The notes under the pieces were generated by a model that ran no database searches, was not told the origin of the DNA, and saw only the letters and a list, made by a program, of their open reading frames with translations. A stretch of 64,000 nucleotides of DNA from Oleiphilus messinensis (GTDB lineage Bacteria; Pseudomonadota; Gammaproteobacteria; Pseudomonadales; Oleiphilaceae): positions 5,953,276 to 6,017,275 of the forward strand of contig NZ_CP021425.1 of NCBI RefSeq assembly GCF_002162375.1, written 5' to 3'. The position numbers and the translations under genes were made by a program. Shown here piece after piece: positions 20,700 through 30,910 of this stretch (positions within the stretch are counted from its first letter, which is position 1; every line of letters starts with the position of its first letter).

Positions 20700-22006
20700 T
20701 GCTCGGCAAAAGTATTCGCCGCTTTGTAATGATCTACACCTGTACTCTTCTGTTGATTATTTCAGCAGGGTACTCACTGGTTGCCTTCTGGTTTATGTCC
20801 AAGGGCATGGACTCTGCGGAGCTATGGCAACTGGAAAAAATCAGCATTGGGTACGCCGCACAATATCAATCATCCTCTTCCACACCACTGCCAAACACCG
20901 AACATATCACTGCAACTCTTGAATTTGAGACCTTGCCAGATTTCGTTCGCCGCCATTTTCCGGTAACGGAACATCAGAATAAAACGCTGCTCTATCACGA
21001 GGAAGCCGAGCGCGTCTACTTTCTATTTCCCTACGACCTCCATGATGGCAAACGTCTGTATCTCCTTTCACAGTATGATCAGAACGATCTGAACGAAGCT
21101 ACGGAATTTTTCGTGCTACAAACCATCAATACCCTCTGGCCTGTCATGGCAATTTCCGTCGCACTTGCCATGCTGGCCGTGATCTATATGACTCACCAAT
21201 TGATCAAGCCGATTCGAAAACTGGAACGGTGGGCCACCCAGCTCAAACTGGATGATTTACACCAGCCGCCAAACCAGTTCACCTATCAGGAGCTGAATGC
21301 GGTTGCGGCTGAACTCTATCATGCACTGCAACGCATCCGCGGCATGGTGACCCGGGAACAGCAGTTTCTGCGTAACGCCAGCCATGAGCTGCGCACCCCC
21401 ATTTCGGTCGTCACCAGTAACATCACGCTGTTAAAACATATCCGCAAAGCAACGCCTTTCCCCGAGAAAACAGAACAACCCATTGCGCGAATTGAACGCG
21501 CCGGTCAGACCATGCGGGATCTGACAGAAACCCTGCTCTGGCTGAGCCGGGAACGTCCCGAGCCCGTGGAGCCGCATTCGGTCGCCATTGATGAACTCAT
21601 TCAGGAAATTGTGAATGACAATCAATATCTGCTACTGAACAAAACCGTTGAGTTACAATTGCAACTCAGCCCAACCCGAATTGAGATTGCGCCAACACCT
21701 TGCCGCATTGCTATCAGCAACCTGATCCGAAACGCCATGCAATATACCGAACAAGGCTTCATTTCGATCAAGGTTGAAACGGTTCCTGTTGCAGGGGATT
21801 GTGCACTTATTCAAGGCGTAAGGGTTCAAATTTGCAACAGTAACCAAGGCGATCTGGATATCACATCTGCAGCAGAATACGGATATGGTCTGGGACTGGC
21901 GCTGGTGGATCAGATCTCGGCGCGGATGGGGTGGCAACATCACACCGAGAACATTTCTGGAGGACGGCTTGCTGAAATCCAGTTTCCAGCCAAATACGAT
22001 AGTTGA
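20699..22006 (+). CDS. sensor histidine kinase (two TM helices, HAMP, HisKA H-box NASHELRTP, HATPase_c)
   Basis: Motifs read directly; start overlaps RR stop (TAATG). Confidence 0.85.
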   Translation: MLGKSIRRFVMIYTCTLLLIISAGYSLVAFWFMSKGMDSAELWQLEKISIGYAAQYQSSSSTPLPNTEHITATLEFETLPDFVRRHFPVTEHQNKTLLYHEEAERVYFLFPYDLHDGKRLYLLSQYDQNDLNEATEFFVLQTINTLWPVMAISVALAMLAVIYMTHQLIKPIRKLERWATQLKLDDLHQPPNQFTYQELNAVAAELYHALQRIRGMVTREQQFLRNASHELRTPISVVTSNITLLKHIRKATPFPEKTEQPIARIERAGQTMRDLTETLLWLSRERPEPVEPHSVAIDELIQEIVNDNQYLLLNKTVELQLQLSPTRIEIAPTPCRIAISNLIRNAMQYTEQGFISIKVETVPVAGDCALIQGVRVQICNSNQGDLDITSAAEYGYGLGLALVDQISARMGWQHHTENISGGRLAEIQFPAKYDS

Positions 22007-22013
22007 ATACGCC

Positions 22014-23114
22014 CTAACGGGTCTGGTGCTCCAGAAAATCCAGAATGACCGGCATCACCTCGGGTGCCAGCGCATCCTGCTGCCACCACATCAGCTTTAG
22101 CCAGCTCCACAGCCCGAATGTCTGCCCCTGAAAACGATTTGCCTTCAACAGCCCATGGGTCGCATTGGGGATCAGGCGTGGGGTGACTGGACTGGATTTT
22201 CGGGTCTGCCAGCGTTGGTACTCCGCACGGGCATCAACATTGGCGTCCTGATCACCCCAAAGTAGCAACACAGGCACTTCAATACGCTGATAGTCTGCAC
22301 TGGCATCCGCCCGATAATTACGGAGTACAAACCCGTAGCGCGCTTCATTCATTGCCTGAGCGCCTTTATATTGCCGATACACAGCATACTCGGGCGCTTT
22401 TTCAAACAATTCGACTTCTGCGGCAAAACCCGCCAGTGCTTGCTCGATTTCAGCCGCACTCGCCCCTTCAAACGCCAGCCGTTTTCGCGTGTAGTATTGC
22501 CCCTGCTGAATCCAATTGGCGGCAAAACCGATTCCGATAGCAAAGCCGATGTTGCTATCGCCACTCGCCAAGGCCGGAATCACCCATCCGGCCTGGCTGA
22601 AGCCAATCAAGCCGATACGGGACTCCGGAATCAGGTAACGTTGTTTTACTGCCCTGATTGCGGCACGCACTTCGCCTTGTCGATCTTGCATCGACTGTTG
22701 TAACCAGTTGCCTGAGGACTCCCCGACGCCGGGCTTGTCCCAACTGAAAACCCCATAGCCCTGGCGGCGCAAACGATCCCAGAAAACGTCATAATAACCT
22801 TCCGCATCATAAGTGAAAGCACCATCACCATGCACAAATAACAGTACCGCTTTCGGCGGCAAGTCTCTGACAGGGGCCAGATAATGCCCCATTAACTGAT
22901 GCTGACCGTGATGGAAGGTCAGCAACTCATCCTGCATCAATGTATCAGGAGTAGTCCCCTCGTCATGGGCGAGCCGGTGCTGATCTGCCTGAGCAGATCG
23001 CCCCGACAGACCAATCAAATTAACCACCATGACGATCATCACAGCTACAAGAAATTTCATTTTATTGATCTCGATTTTTCCAGTTTCCCAGGTCAATATC
23101 AGGGTTCGAAGCAA
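22014..23114 (-). CDS. alpha/beta hydrolase, secreted
   Basis: Signal peptide, GFSQAG nucleophile elbow (GxSxG), HGDGAF region. Confidence 0.7.
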   Translation of the reverse strand: MLRTLILTWETGKIEINKMKFLVAVMIVMVVNLIGLSGRSAQADQHRLAHDEGTTPDTLMQDELLTFHHGQHQLMGHYLAPVRDLPPKAVLLFVHGDGAFTYDAEGYYDVFWDRLRRQGYGVFSWDKPGVGESSGNWLQQSMQDRQGEVRAAIRAVKQRYLIPESRIGLIGFSQAGWVIPALASGDSNIGFAIGIGFAANWIQQGQYYTRKRLAFEGASAAEIEQALAGFAAEVELFEKAPEYAVYRQYKGAQAMNEARYGFVLRNYRADASADYQRIEVPVLLLWGDQDANVDARAEYQRWQTRKSSPVTPRLIPNATHGLLKANRFQGQTFGLWSWLKLMWWQQDALAPEVMPVILDFLEHQTR

Positions 23115-23116
23115 GC

Positions 23117-24163
23117 CTAATAAAAATAGGACAATCCGATGCCCGCCAGAATGGATTCTTCGTTATAGAACCGGATGTTCGAATGCTTCGCGTACAACTG
23201 GAATAGCCCGCTGACTCGCACCGATTTCCAGCCAAATGGTTCAATAAAGGCCAATTCGGATTGCACGGAAACACCTTCATCCTTTCTGACCCGATTGAAA
23301 ACCGGATGACGTTCCTCAAACCGCGCCACACTGTAATTCACCGTGACATCAAACTCCAATGTGTCCTGCTGATATAACAGCGTCACCGCAGAACCGGCTC
23401 GATCATAACGGAATGCTTTCCCCTGGGCATTGGCCCTGATGAACTGGAGACGGGGAACAATGAAGAACGATTCGCTCAACGGGACAACATAATCAACCTC
23501 AACACTGTGCTGATCCCCCGAACGCTTCAGCGCTGCCCGTGCCGAACGCTCCAGAGGCTCGAGCGCGGACTCGCCCGACCGTTCCTGCGAGACCTTTTCA
23601 TGGGTATATCCATAGTAAAATGACCAGGGACTGCCCATGAGCGTTTCAACCGCCAGCCTGACGCCCGCGGTCTCCAAATCCGTTTTCTGACGCTTGCGCT
23701 TAAGCTGGTAAGGATCCTGCCAGACCTGCCTGTTGAACAAAGACAATGGCGGAATGAGTCCTACATTAACATCCGTTCCGTTTTCAAAACGCTGCTTGAT
23801 GCCGATCCCGAAATAACTTGAGCGATCAGAGATTAACCCGGGAATCGATCCCAGATAAACAGCCGTTTGATCCTTGTTGAAGAAATAGCTTACCTCCCAA
23901 AACAATGCAGCGACTTCAGTGCGCTCCGCCTTTGCCGCCTGATTTAGAGATTGTATGGGTGTCCTGTGATCCGATACTTCAGTGAGTGATTTTGTCTCAC
24001 TGCCGCCCAACAGCAAATACAGATAACCTGAAATTGCAACATCCTCCGCATCTGCATGCTCTTCAGCCTGGGCCATGGAAATACAACTCATCAATACCCA
24101 GAATGCACCTTTTTTTGGCCACCTTATCCCGCTCGAACGGGCTTGTTTCGATCCATAATTCAT
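23117..24163 (-). CDS. MipA/OmpV-family outer membrane beta-barrel protein
   Basis: Signal peptide, alternating amphipathic strands, C-terminal GIGLSYFY aromatic terminus. Confidence 0.5.
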   Translation of the reverse strand: MNYGSKQARSSGIRWPKKGAFWVLMSCISMAQAEEHADAEDVAISGYLYLLLGGSETKSLTEVSDHRTPIQSLNQAAKAERTEVAALFWEVSYFFNKDQTAVYLGSIPGLISDRSSYFGIGIKQRFENGTDVNVGLIPPLSLFNRQVWQDPYQLKRKRQKTDLETAGVRLAVETLMGSPWSFYYGYTHEKVSQERSGESALEPLERSARAALKRSGDQHSVEVDYVVPLSESFFIVPRLQFIRANAQGKAFRYDRAGSAVTLLYQQDTLEFDVTVNYSVARFEERHPVFNRVRKDEGVSVQSELAFIEPFGWKSVRVSGLFQLYAKHSNIRFYNEESILAGIGLSYFY

Positions 24164-24380
24164 TATCGTTTACCCTCGTTTTCCTGTTCGTGGCCAAAGA
24201 CTACGGAAAGCGAGGTTAAGTCGGGGTTAACATCCTCAAGCGGATATTCCTGTGATGTTTTTTTTACGCTTTTGTCTTGGTTTACGGAGGCTTGCACAAC
24301 AACTCAGACACATACTGAGCCGTGTTCCGACACTGCTACATAAAAGCTTCGGTAATGTTCCAACAATAAAGATTAACAAC

Positions 24381-25547
24381 ATGAACAAAAACAGGATTAC
24401 TCAAATGAAGTTTACGCAATTGCTGCGCTGTGCAGCATTAATCCCGCTTATGGCGTTCGCGAGCATCACAACCGCCAACGACAACCTCTCTTCAAGCCTG
24501 CTTTCAATCTGGCACAAGTTTGCAGTGGGGGCGGTGTTCACCCAAACCAACGACAGCGAAGGCAACGAAGTGCTCATGTTCAGCCGACATGGCAATGGCA
24601 AATTACAGTTTTTGGATGCCTTTGCAACGGACGGGGTTGGCACCAGCGGCGGGCTTGGAAATCAGGGCGCACTGGCGCTGAGCAAGGACAATGATTTTTT
24701 GTTTGTGGTGAATGCCGGCAGCAATGAAATAACCACATTTTCGGTCCATAAACATGGTTTGAAATTGGTCGATAAGGTACCTTCCGGCGGTGAACGCCCG
24801 ATCAGTTTAAGCGTATTTCAGGATCGACTCTATGTTCTGAATACCGGCAGCGACAGTATCAACGGTTTTACCTTTGACCACGACGGCAAACTGACGCCAA
24901 TGGCCGAAGCCATTCGTTCACTCAGTGGCACCGAAACGTCTGCAGCTCAAATTCAAGTCAGCCCCTGGGGTGATGCTTTAGTTGTCACGGAACGCGCAAC
25001 CAATTTGATCGATGTATTCTGGCTGGATGACAACGGGATACCCGGTGAAGCGGTTATCAGCCCATCTGTCGGTACCACGCCATTTGGATTTGATTTTGAC
25101 CGCCGAGGTCACCTGGTTGTCTCGGAAGCCGCAGGTGGCGCAGACAATGCCAGCTCTGTATCGTCTTACAACATTCTTGAAACCGGGCAATTGGAGATCA
25201 TCAGCGGTGCGGTGCCCACAACCGAATCAGCTGCATGCTGGTTGATCACCACGCCGAATGGCCGCTTTGCCTACACGACCAATACCCGTTCCAGCTCAAT
25301 TTCCGGTTTCCGTATCGAACGAGATGGTTCTCTGAATTTGCTGGATCTTGATGGCGTAACCGGGAACACCGGTGAAGGCACCAATCCACTGGATATGGCA
25401 ATGAGCCGAAATGGCCGCCACCTCTATGCCATCAGCCCGGCAACTGAAGAAATTGTGGCGTTCCGCATCCGCGGCAACGGCAGCCTTAAAAACATCCAGT
25501 CTGTGACTGCCGCTGCCCCAAGAATCAACGGTTTGGCCGCCTACTAA
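24381..25547 (+). CDS. secreted 7-bladed beta-propeller lactonase-family protein
   Basis: Signal peptide MNKNRITQMKFTQLLRCAALIPLMAFA; repeated LYVxNxGSxSIxxF motifs of the Lactonase family; ORF from 24252 probably starts at 24381. Confidence 0.6.
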   Translation: MNKNRITQMKFTQLLRCAALIPLMAFASITTANDNLSSSLLSIWHKFAVGAVFTQTNDSEGNEVLMFSRHGNGKLQFLDAFATDGVGTSGGLGNQGALALSKDNDFLFVVNAGSNEITTFSVHKHGLKLVDKVPSGGERPISLSVFQDRLYVLNTGSDSINGFTFDHDGKLTPMAEAIRSLSGTETSAAQIQVSPWGDALVVTERATNLIDVFWLDDNGIPGEAVISPSVGTTPFGFDFDRRGHLVVSEAAGGADNASSVSSYNILETGQLEIISGAVPTTESAACWLITTPNGRFAYTTNTRSSSISGFRIERDGSLNLLDLDGVTGNTGEGTNPLDMAMSRNGRHLYAISPATEEIVAFRIRGNGSLKNIQSVTAAAPRINGLAAY

Positions 25548-25667
25548 TACAACCGGCCTGAATTACGCTGGATAAAGGTCACGTTATTGGCACCTTATCC
25601 AGCGCTCAACACCGGGAAAAACGGTTAACCTTGTACAAAAAGTACAGAGAACAAAAAAGAAAGTGGC

Positions 25668-26807
25668 TTATTCGAGCCTATCAATATAGAACACGGCATT
25701 TGCACTCTGAGACAGGGCGTATATTCGTGAGCCCATAACCCAGAACTGCCTCATTGCCAATTCGCTGTCCCCCAGCCGCTGCCAGCGCGCCCCTCGACTG
25801 AATGAAATCCAGACGCCGTTATCCGTAGCGATAACCAACCCCGTTGCTGCGTCTCCCTGCCAGGACGTGAGGGCAAATACTTCATTCGCATCACCCGGCA
25901 AAGTCAGCGTTTTCCAGTTCGCATTGGACTTGGAATCATTCATCAACAGTCTCGTTTTTTCCGCCATCACAAGGACACCGTCAGCCAGGATTGTTACAAC
26001 CGCAGTATCGACAAAAACCTCCCTTTGCGGAAATTCAAATGACCCGATTTCCTGAGTGGTCTCATTTTGATCCGTTGCCAGGGCCATAACCCTGACGTGA
26101 TTTTGATCCAACACATAGAATTCATTGGCATTGAATGGATTGATTATCGGAAAATCCCATGTCGAATAACCTCCGGAGTCCACCCGGCTCCAGGATTCAC
26201 CTTTATCCGCCGAATAGCTCACCCAATTTGAGTGATAAGAACGGTCTGCAACAAAGTAGGATTCGGCATTCACACCAAAGAAAAGCGACGGGCAGGCACT
26301 TATATCCTGTTCCCCCTCGGCTTCAATCACTGCAACTTTTTCCCAACTCTGACCTTCATTGTCAGTGCGATAAATACCACCGCCCAAATCCGGCCAGGCG
26401 TTACAGACCGTAAGATACCAATGGGCGCTCTCAGCTGGATCCGCATACACCTTGTCGATCCGGCCACTGCTCAGATCCGGCCCAGCTACCCCATTCCACT
26501 GATTTCCGGCATCGAATGAGGAGAACAACTGGTATTCATTCTCGGCATTCCGAAGCACAATATTTAATTTATTCTGATCAAAACGACCTTGAGCGATCCA
26601 CTTCAACTCGGCGATATCACCTTCCGGCAAGTTCAGCGCTTGCCATTCGTTGAACGATACATCCGGCTCAGTGATCGGCGCGTCACTGGAGCTGTCATTA
26701 CATGCTCCCAGTGCAGTAACACACATCGCTAAACCCAGTCTGCGCAGTAACCGGGATGTAATTAAACTGCCTTGTCGGTACAGACCTGGTTTCCTCACTC
26801 CTGACAT
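25668..26807 (-). CDS. BNR/Asp-box repeat lipoprotein (sialidase-like beta-propeller)
   Basis: Lipobox LGAC; four SxDxGxxW-type Asp-box motifs (SFDAGNQW, TDNEGQSW, SADKGESW). Confidence 0.6.
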   Translation of the reverse strand: MSGVRKPGLYRQGSLITSRLLRRLGLAMCVTALGACNDSSSDAPITEPDVSFNEWQALNLPEGDIAELKWIAQGRFDQNKLNIVLRNAENEYQLFSSFDAGNQWNGVAGPDLSSGRIDKVYADPAESAHWYLTVCNAWPDLGGGIYRTDNEGQSWEKVAVIEAEGEQDISACPSLFFGVNAESYFVADRSYHSNWVSYSADKGESWSRVDSGGYSTWDFPIINPFNANEFYVLDQNHVRVMALATDQNETTQEIGSFEFPQREVFVDTAVVTILADGVLVMAEKTRLLMNDSKSNANWKTLTLPGDANEVFALTSWQGDAATGLVIATDNGVWISFSRGARWQRLGDSELAMRQFWVMGSRIYALSQSANAVFYIDRLE

Positions 26808-26899
26808 CTTGCTTTCCCTCTGTTTTCCTTAACGGCTAATCGATATAACACAATGAACCGCCAACTGAGTGCACACTTGTTGACTGAAAATAAATTAAA

Positions 26900-27319
26900 G
26901 TGTACATTTGTACACATAAACAACCAACAAAGGTAAATCTCATGAGCGTTATCGTGATGAATGTAGTATTAGTGATATTGCTCGGTGTCGCAATGTGGTT
27001 ACTGAAAACAGTAAGCCGAATTGAAAACCACTATTTCATGGCATCTCAGGACTGGCTGAAGGACACGGCCAATGACTCCGAAACAACTCCCCACGCAAAT
27101 AATCCCGGAACAGTCGCAAAAAACATCAAACCCTTTATAACGGTTGAAGTCACCAACGCCTTCAGCCTTGCCGAACGAGAGTCTAAGCTCGCCCCTTATA
27201 TCGCCAAAATCGCCCCTTCATTAATCCAGGAAAAAGTCTACGAACAGGTTGTCGAGAATATGAGAATCGAGCTGGATAAAGAAGGCGTGGAACACAAAGT
27301 CCAATTGCTTTACCGGTGA
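26900..27319 (+). CDS. hypothetical membrane-anchored protein
   Basis: N-terminal TM helix then soluble domain; likely start MSVIVMN at 26942. Confidence 0.4.
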   Translation: MYICTHKQPTKVNLMSVIVMNVVLVILLGVAMWLLKTVSRIENHYFMASQDWLKDTANDSETTPHANNPGTVAKNIKPFITVEVTNAFSLAERESKLAPYIAKIAPSLIQEKVYEQVVENMRIELDKEGVEHKVQLLYR

Positions 27320-27320
27320 G

Positions 27321-27992
27321 GTGCAGAGTATGTGGCTATTAGCGAGTGAATGGTTATCTGTAATGCTGATATTGGCTTGTGGTGCGATATACAGCCACGC
27401 GGCAATTCGAATTGTTGACCTGCAAAAGCATGCCAGGCAACTGCAGACACAAAAGCGGCCCACCGCCCGGGAAAATCGGGAACAATTCCGAAAACAGGTG
27501 CGCATGGAAAAGCAGCAACTGGCGGAATGCACAATCGATAAAGGCACATCGACAGTGGAGATGATTCACCGGATCATTAGCAAAATCACCTTCGGTATTC
27601 TCGAGTGCATCCCCCCGATTCGTTATCCCTCGAAGCTGGTTCGCAAGGTTCATGATAAAACCAGTTCACAAGTGTACACATTAATAAGAGAAATCAACCG
27701 GGATATTGGTACAATTAGCCAACAATGGCAGCAGCAGAGCCAGACACCGGCATCTCGCCCAATCAGCACGACAAAAAAAGCTCCGAAACAACCGGAAGCG
27801 ACTGACAAACTTCCTGACCGGAGTACAGAAAACAGGGTTTTACATGCAGTAAACTTCGAGCAACCACAAATCCACATCGAAAAAATAAATAAGGGAATAC
27901 ATCCAAATGAAGAAAATAAATACAATAATCAACCTCTTTGGCGCAGCCACGCTGGCAACCAGCTCAGTGAATGCAGACGTTCTGGAACGTAA
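27321..27992 (+). CDS. hypothetical membrane protein
   Basis: Start 2 nt after upstream stop; N-terminal TM; 3' end overlaps next gene so true stop/start uncertain. Confidence 0.35.
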   Translation: MQSMWLLASEWLSVMLILACGAIYSHAAIRIVDLQKHARQLQTQKRPTARENREQFRKQVRMEKQQLAECTIDKGTSTVEMIHRIISKITFGILECIPPIRYPSKLVRKVHDKTSSQVYTLIREINRDIGTISQQWQQQSQTPASRPISTTKKAPKQPEATDKLPDRSTENRVLHAVNFEQPQIHIEKINKGIHPNEENKYNNQPLWRSHAGNQLSECRRSGT

Positions 27993-28914
27993 ATTCTGCA
28001 TTTTCGACCCGGTCGGCGCTAATGGGCCGATGTTCAACGTGATGAAATCGTCCAAACCTTCGGCACTCAAGTGGGGTGTGAACCTGGAGCTTGCAGCCTA
28101 TACGGATGAGAAGATTGCAGCAGAAGACCTGAAAGCAGGACAGTGCGACGCAGCACTGTTGACCAGCACCCGGGCAAGAGAATTCAATCGCTTTACCGGC
28201 TCCCTGGAAGCATTAGGGGCCATCACCAGTGATGAAGAAATGAAAATGGTTCTTGAAACCTTGAACCAGAGCAAAGCGGCCAAACTGCTGACCAGCGGCA
28301 AGTACGAAGTCGCCGGTATACTCCCTGCCGGAGCGGTTTATCTATTTTTACGGGACCGCACCGTTAACTCGGTCGAAAAGCTGCAGGGCAAAAAAATTGC
28401 GACCCTGGACTATGACCACGCGTCGTTAACCATGGTTCGCCACGTCGGAGCATCCGTGGTGGGTGCCACGTCTTCCAGCTTCGCCGGAAAGTTCAATAAT
28501 GGCAGCGTTGATGCCGCCTATGCTCCTGCTATCGCCTACACCCCCTTGGAACTCTACAAAGGCATCGGCACCAGCGGTGGCGTGTTTGACTACAAACTTG
28601 CTCAGTTCACCTTCCAAATCATCATTCAAAAAGACAAGTTCCCGGAAGACTTCGGCCAGAATGCACGAGATTACACGGCAAGCATATACGACGAAGCCCA
28701 CAAAATGGTCTCCAACGCCGAAGCGGAAATCAACCCGCAACACTGGATGCGCCCCACCAGAGATGAAGTCGCAGGCTACGACAACTTGCTCAGAGAAGTC
28801 CGCATCAGCCTGAAAGAAGAAGGCGTCTACGACCCCAAAGCACTCCGACTCATGCTGAAAGTACGCTGTAAAACCAATCCCGACAAAGCGGAATGTGTTG
28901 AGGGGCGGGAGTAA
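27907..28914 (+). CDS. hypothetical periplasmic protein (signal peptide)
   Basis: MKKINTIINLFGAATLATSSVNA cleavable signal peptide, 335 aa soluble domain. Confidence 0.5.
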   Translation: MKKINTIINLFGAATLATSSVNADVLERKFCIFDPVGANGPMFNVMKSSKPSALKWGVNLELAAYTDEKIAAEDLKAGQCDAALLTSTRAREFNRFTGSLEALGAITSDEEMKMVLETLNQSKAAKLLTSGKYEVAGILPAGAVYLFLRDRTVNSVEKLQGKKIATLDYDHASLTMVRHVGASVVGATSSSFAGKFNNGSVDAAYAPAIAYTPLELYKGIGTSGGVFDYKLAQFTFQIIIQKDKFPEDFGQNARDYTASIYDEAHKMVSNAEAEINPQHWMRPTRDEVAGYDNLLREVRISLKEEGVYDPKALRLMLKVRCKTNPDKAECVEGRE

Positions 28915-28925
28915 ATAACACAATT

Positions 28926-29435
28926 ATGCGACCTGAATCAGGCGCAACGAAAGGCGGGGCTGCGGCCCTGCCAGAGTTAGAGAAAATCGTATCAGAGGTG
29001 AAGTCGGGCAATCGAGTTATCCTCTTTGCTCCGGGCACTTCGAGCTTCATTCTCGGTCAGTTGATCGGTATTTCAGCATTTGTATTTCTCATCGGTTCGC
29101 TGGGAAAATTACTGGGATCACAGTTAACGACCGGTACAAGTGCAATGTTACAGCTAGGCTTAATCCTTGTGGCGGTAGCCTGTAACGTTTTCCCGGGAAT
29201 TATGCTCATCAGAGGCCATAAACAGTATCGTACTGGATTAATCTGGATTAGCCGCACATTAATCGTGCTGGCTTTAATTCTTATCTCAATCTGTAGCTGG
29301 TCTGAAGATTTTACTAGCACCAGTATCAAACCACTGATCATCAGCTCAGTTTTTGCCTTCTGCAGCGACTTTATTTACACGAGACCGAGTTTTATCGTGT
29401 TTTGTGAGTACTTTTATCTGATGAAACGAAACTAA
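28926..29435 (+). CDS. hypothetical integral membrane protein (about 4 TM)
   Basis: Hydrophobic segments; 12 nt after upstream stop. Confidence 0.4.
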   Translation: MRPESGATKGGAAALPELEKIVSEVKSGNRVILFAPGTSSFILGQLIGISAFVFLIGSLGKLLGSQLTTGTSAMLQLGLILVAVACNVFPGIMLIRGHKQYRTGLIWISRTLIVLALILISICSWSEDFTSTSIKPLIISSVFAFCSDFIYTRPSFIVFCEYFYLMKRN

Positions 29436-29530
29436 GTATAATTTTTAATACCAGTCAACACTCCATGTCCACCAGAGCCTGATTTGCCGAACGACATATC
29501 AGGCCATCATTGGATAAGCTCGCTAGCCTA

Positions 29531-30319
29531 TCAACAATAATTCGCAAACTTCATTTCTCGATCATTGTAATCGACCGGCATCATAGGTAATCGAATATAC
29601 GCCTTGATGATTGAAGTCGTTCTCTGCTTTCGTGCAACTACAGTACCTTCTCTGCTACCCGCCGCGTTTGTATTACCTTCTATCGTTGAGATCAGAGAGC
29701 CTTTGTTTTCCGTCACAATTCCGATATGTGAGAAAGTAAATACAACAATATCTCCCCGCATGGCTTTGGTAAATGTATCTTTTGGGGTAAACACCAAACA
29801 GTTTTTACGGGTTGCCCACTCATTTAGAAAACGCTGTACTGAAGGTTCTCTCGGCGGGATGAGTGAAGCATAGTAGGGAGACTGCGAACATAACTTCTGA
29901 ACACAAAGTGAAACGAAAGCAGCACACCACGGATAACCATCCGTCCTGCCATTGATAACTAAATCATCTGCCTTGAATATCTCCAACATTTTGGGACTAT
30001 TACCGGCTAGATTATTACCCGTTTCAGTGGTTCCGATATATTGTTCGGCAATGTCGGCCAATAAATGCTGAGGAAGCGAGTTTGAAAAATGAGGCAATGT
30101 TGCCTGAGACAATGCAAACCAAGTTCCACGTCCGACAATACCGTCAACAGATAGCTTAGCCTCAACTTGAAATCGCTTGACGGCTGCCACTGTCTGCGCG
30201 CCAAAGTCACCATCAACACTCAGGTTTGGTGAAGGTGAGAGCAATCGATTCAAGAGCTTTTGTAAGGTCATCACGTCAGCGCCACGGGAGCCTTTTCTGA
30301 TCGTTTTTTTCTGGGTCAT
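29531..30319 (-). CDS. peptidoglycan-binding (PG_binding_1) plus C-terminal Cys/His peptidoglycan hydrolase-like domain
   Basis: N-terminal GADVMTLQKLLNRL...DGDFGAQTVAAVKRFQ PG_binding_1 motif; C-terminal conserved Cys (YPWCAAFVS) and His (FSHIGIV) of CHAP/NlpC-like amidases. Confidence 0.55.
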   Translation of the reverse strand: MTQKKTIRKGSRGADVMTLQKLLNRLLSPSPNLSVDGDFGAQTVAAVKRFQVEAKLSVDGIVGRGTWFALSQATLPHFSNSLPQHLLADIAEQYIGTTETGNNLAGNSPKMLEIFKADDLVINGRTDGYPWCAAFVSLCVQKLCSQSPYYASLIPPREPSVQRFLNEWATRKNCLVFTPKDTFTKAMRGDIVVFTFSHIGIVTENKGSLISTIEGNTNAAGSREGTVVARKQRTTSIIKAYIRLPMMPVDYNDREMKFANYC

Positions 30320-30343
30320 ACTGGTCCTTCCTTGAACATGGGT

Positions 30344-30823
30344 CTATTTTTTCAGTCGATAATATATCCATAAATCTGAAGGGAGGCCTTCAACATTGGA
30401 AGACGACTCCAACAACAATACACCACCAACCACAAACTGCCCAGTTAAACCGGTGGCACTAAGGCGACCATCCTTCACGCAAAGGACATTGTATTGTTGA
30501 GTTTGAACCGGCAATCCGGGTTCAAAAAAACTACGAATAAGTGACGACTCACCATTGGTGGTACTCAATTTAACTGAAGCTGTCGCCCCACCAATTTCGG
30601 CATCAAACTCACTGCCTGATTGAGTATTTATAAATTCAAACGAGGTGCTGTCGACCACGTCAGTTCCCACCAAAATGCTTGATGTGGAAACGATGCTGGT
30701 CGCGTAAGAGGCTTCACAATGCCCATTTGATTGCTCAGCGGATACGCTTTGAGGGGTAAATGTACATGCAGGTATAAGTAAAGCAATTGAAGCCAGACTT
30801 ACAAATTTTCGAAGACTATCCAT
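30344..30823 (-). CDS. small lipoprotein, unknown function
   Basis: Signal peptide with lipobox LIPAC; directly upstream of the PG hydrolase gene. Confidence 0.45.
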   Translation of the reverse strand: MDSLRKFVSLASIALLIPACTFTPQSVSAEQSNGHCEASYATSIVSTSSILVGTDVVDSTSFEFINTQSGSEFDAEIGGATASVKLSTTNGESSLIRSFFEPGLPVQTQQYNVLCVKDGRLSATGLTGQFVVGGVLLLESSSNVEGLPSDLWIYYRLKK

Positions 30824-30910
30824 ATCTGTTTATCTCTATCCAACCAGCCATGAATTTCGGCTCGGATTTGTAGTATAAAGATAATTCAACCAGTTGCAAT
30901 TACTCATGCG

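Noticed and set aside
25588-25604. TTGTACAAAAAGTACAG, reminiscent of a LexA SOS box (CTGT-N8-ACAG)
   Set aside because: First half mismatched (TTGT), spacer is 9 not 8, and it lies between convergent gene ends rather than in a promoter
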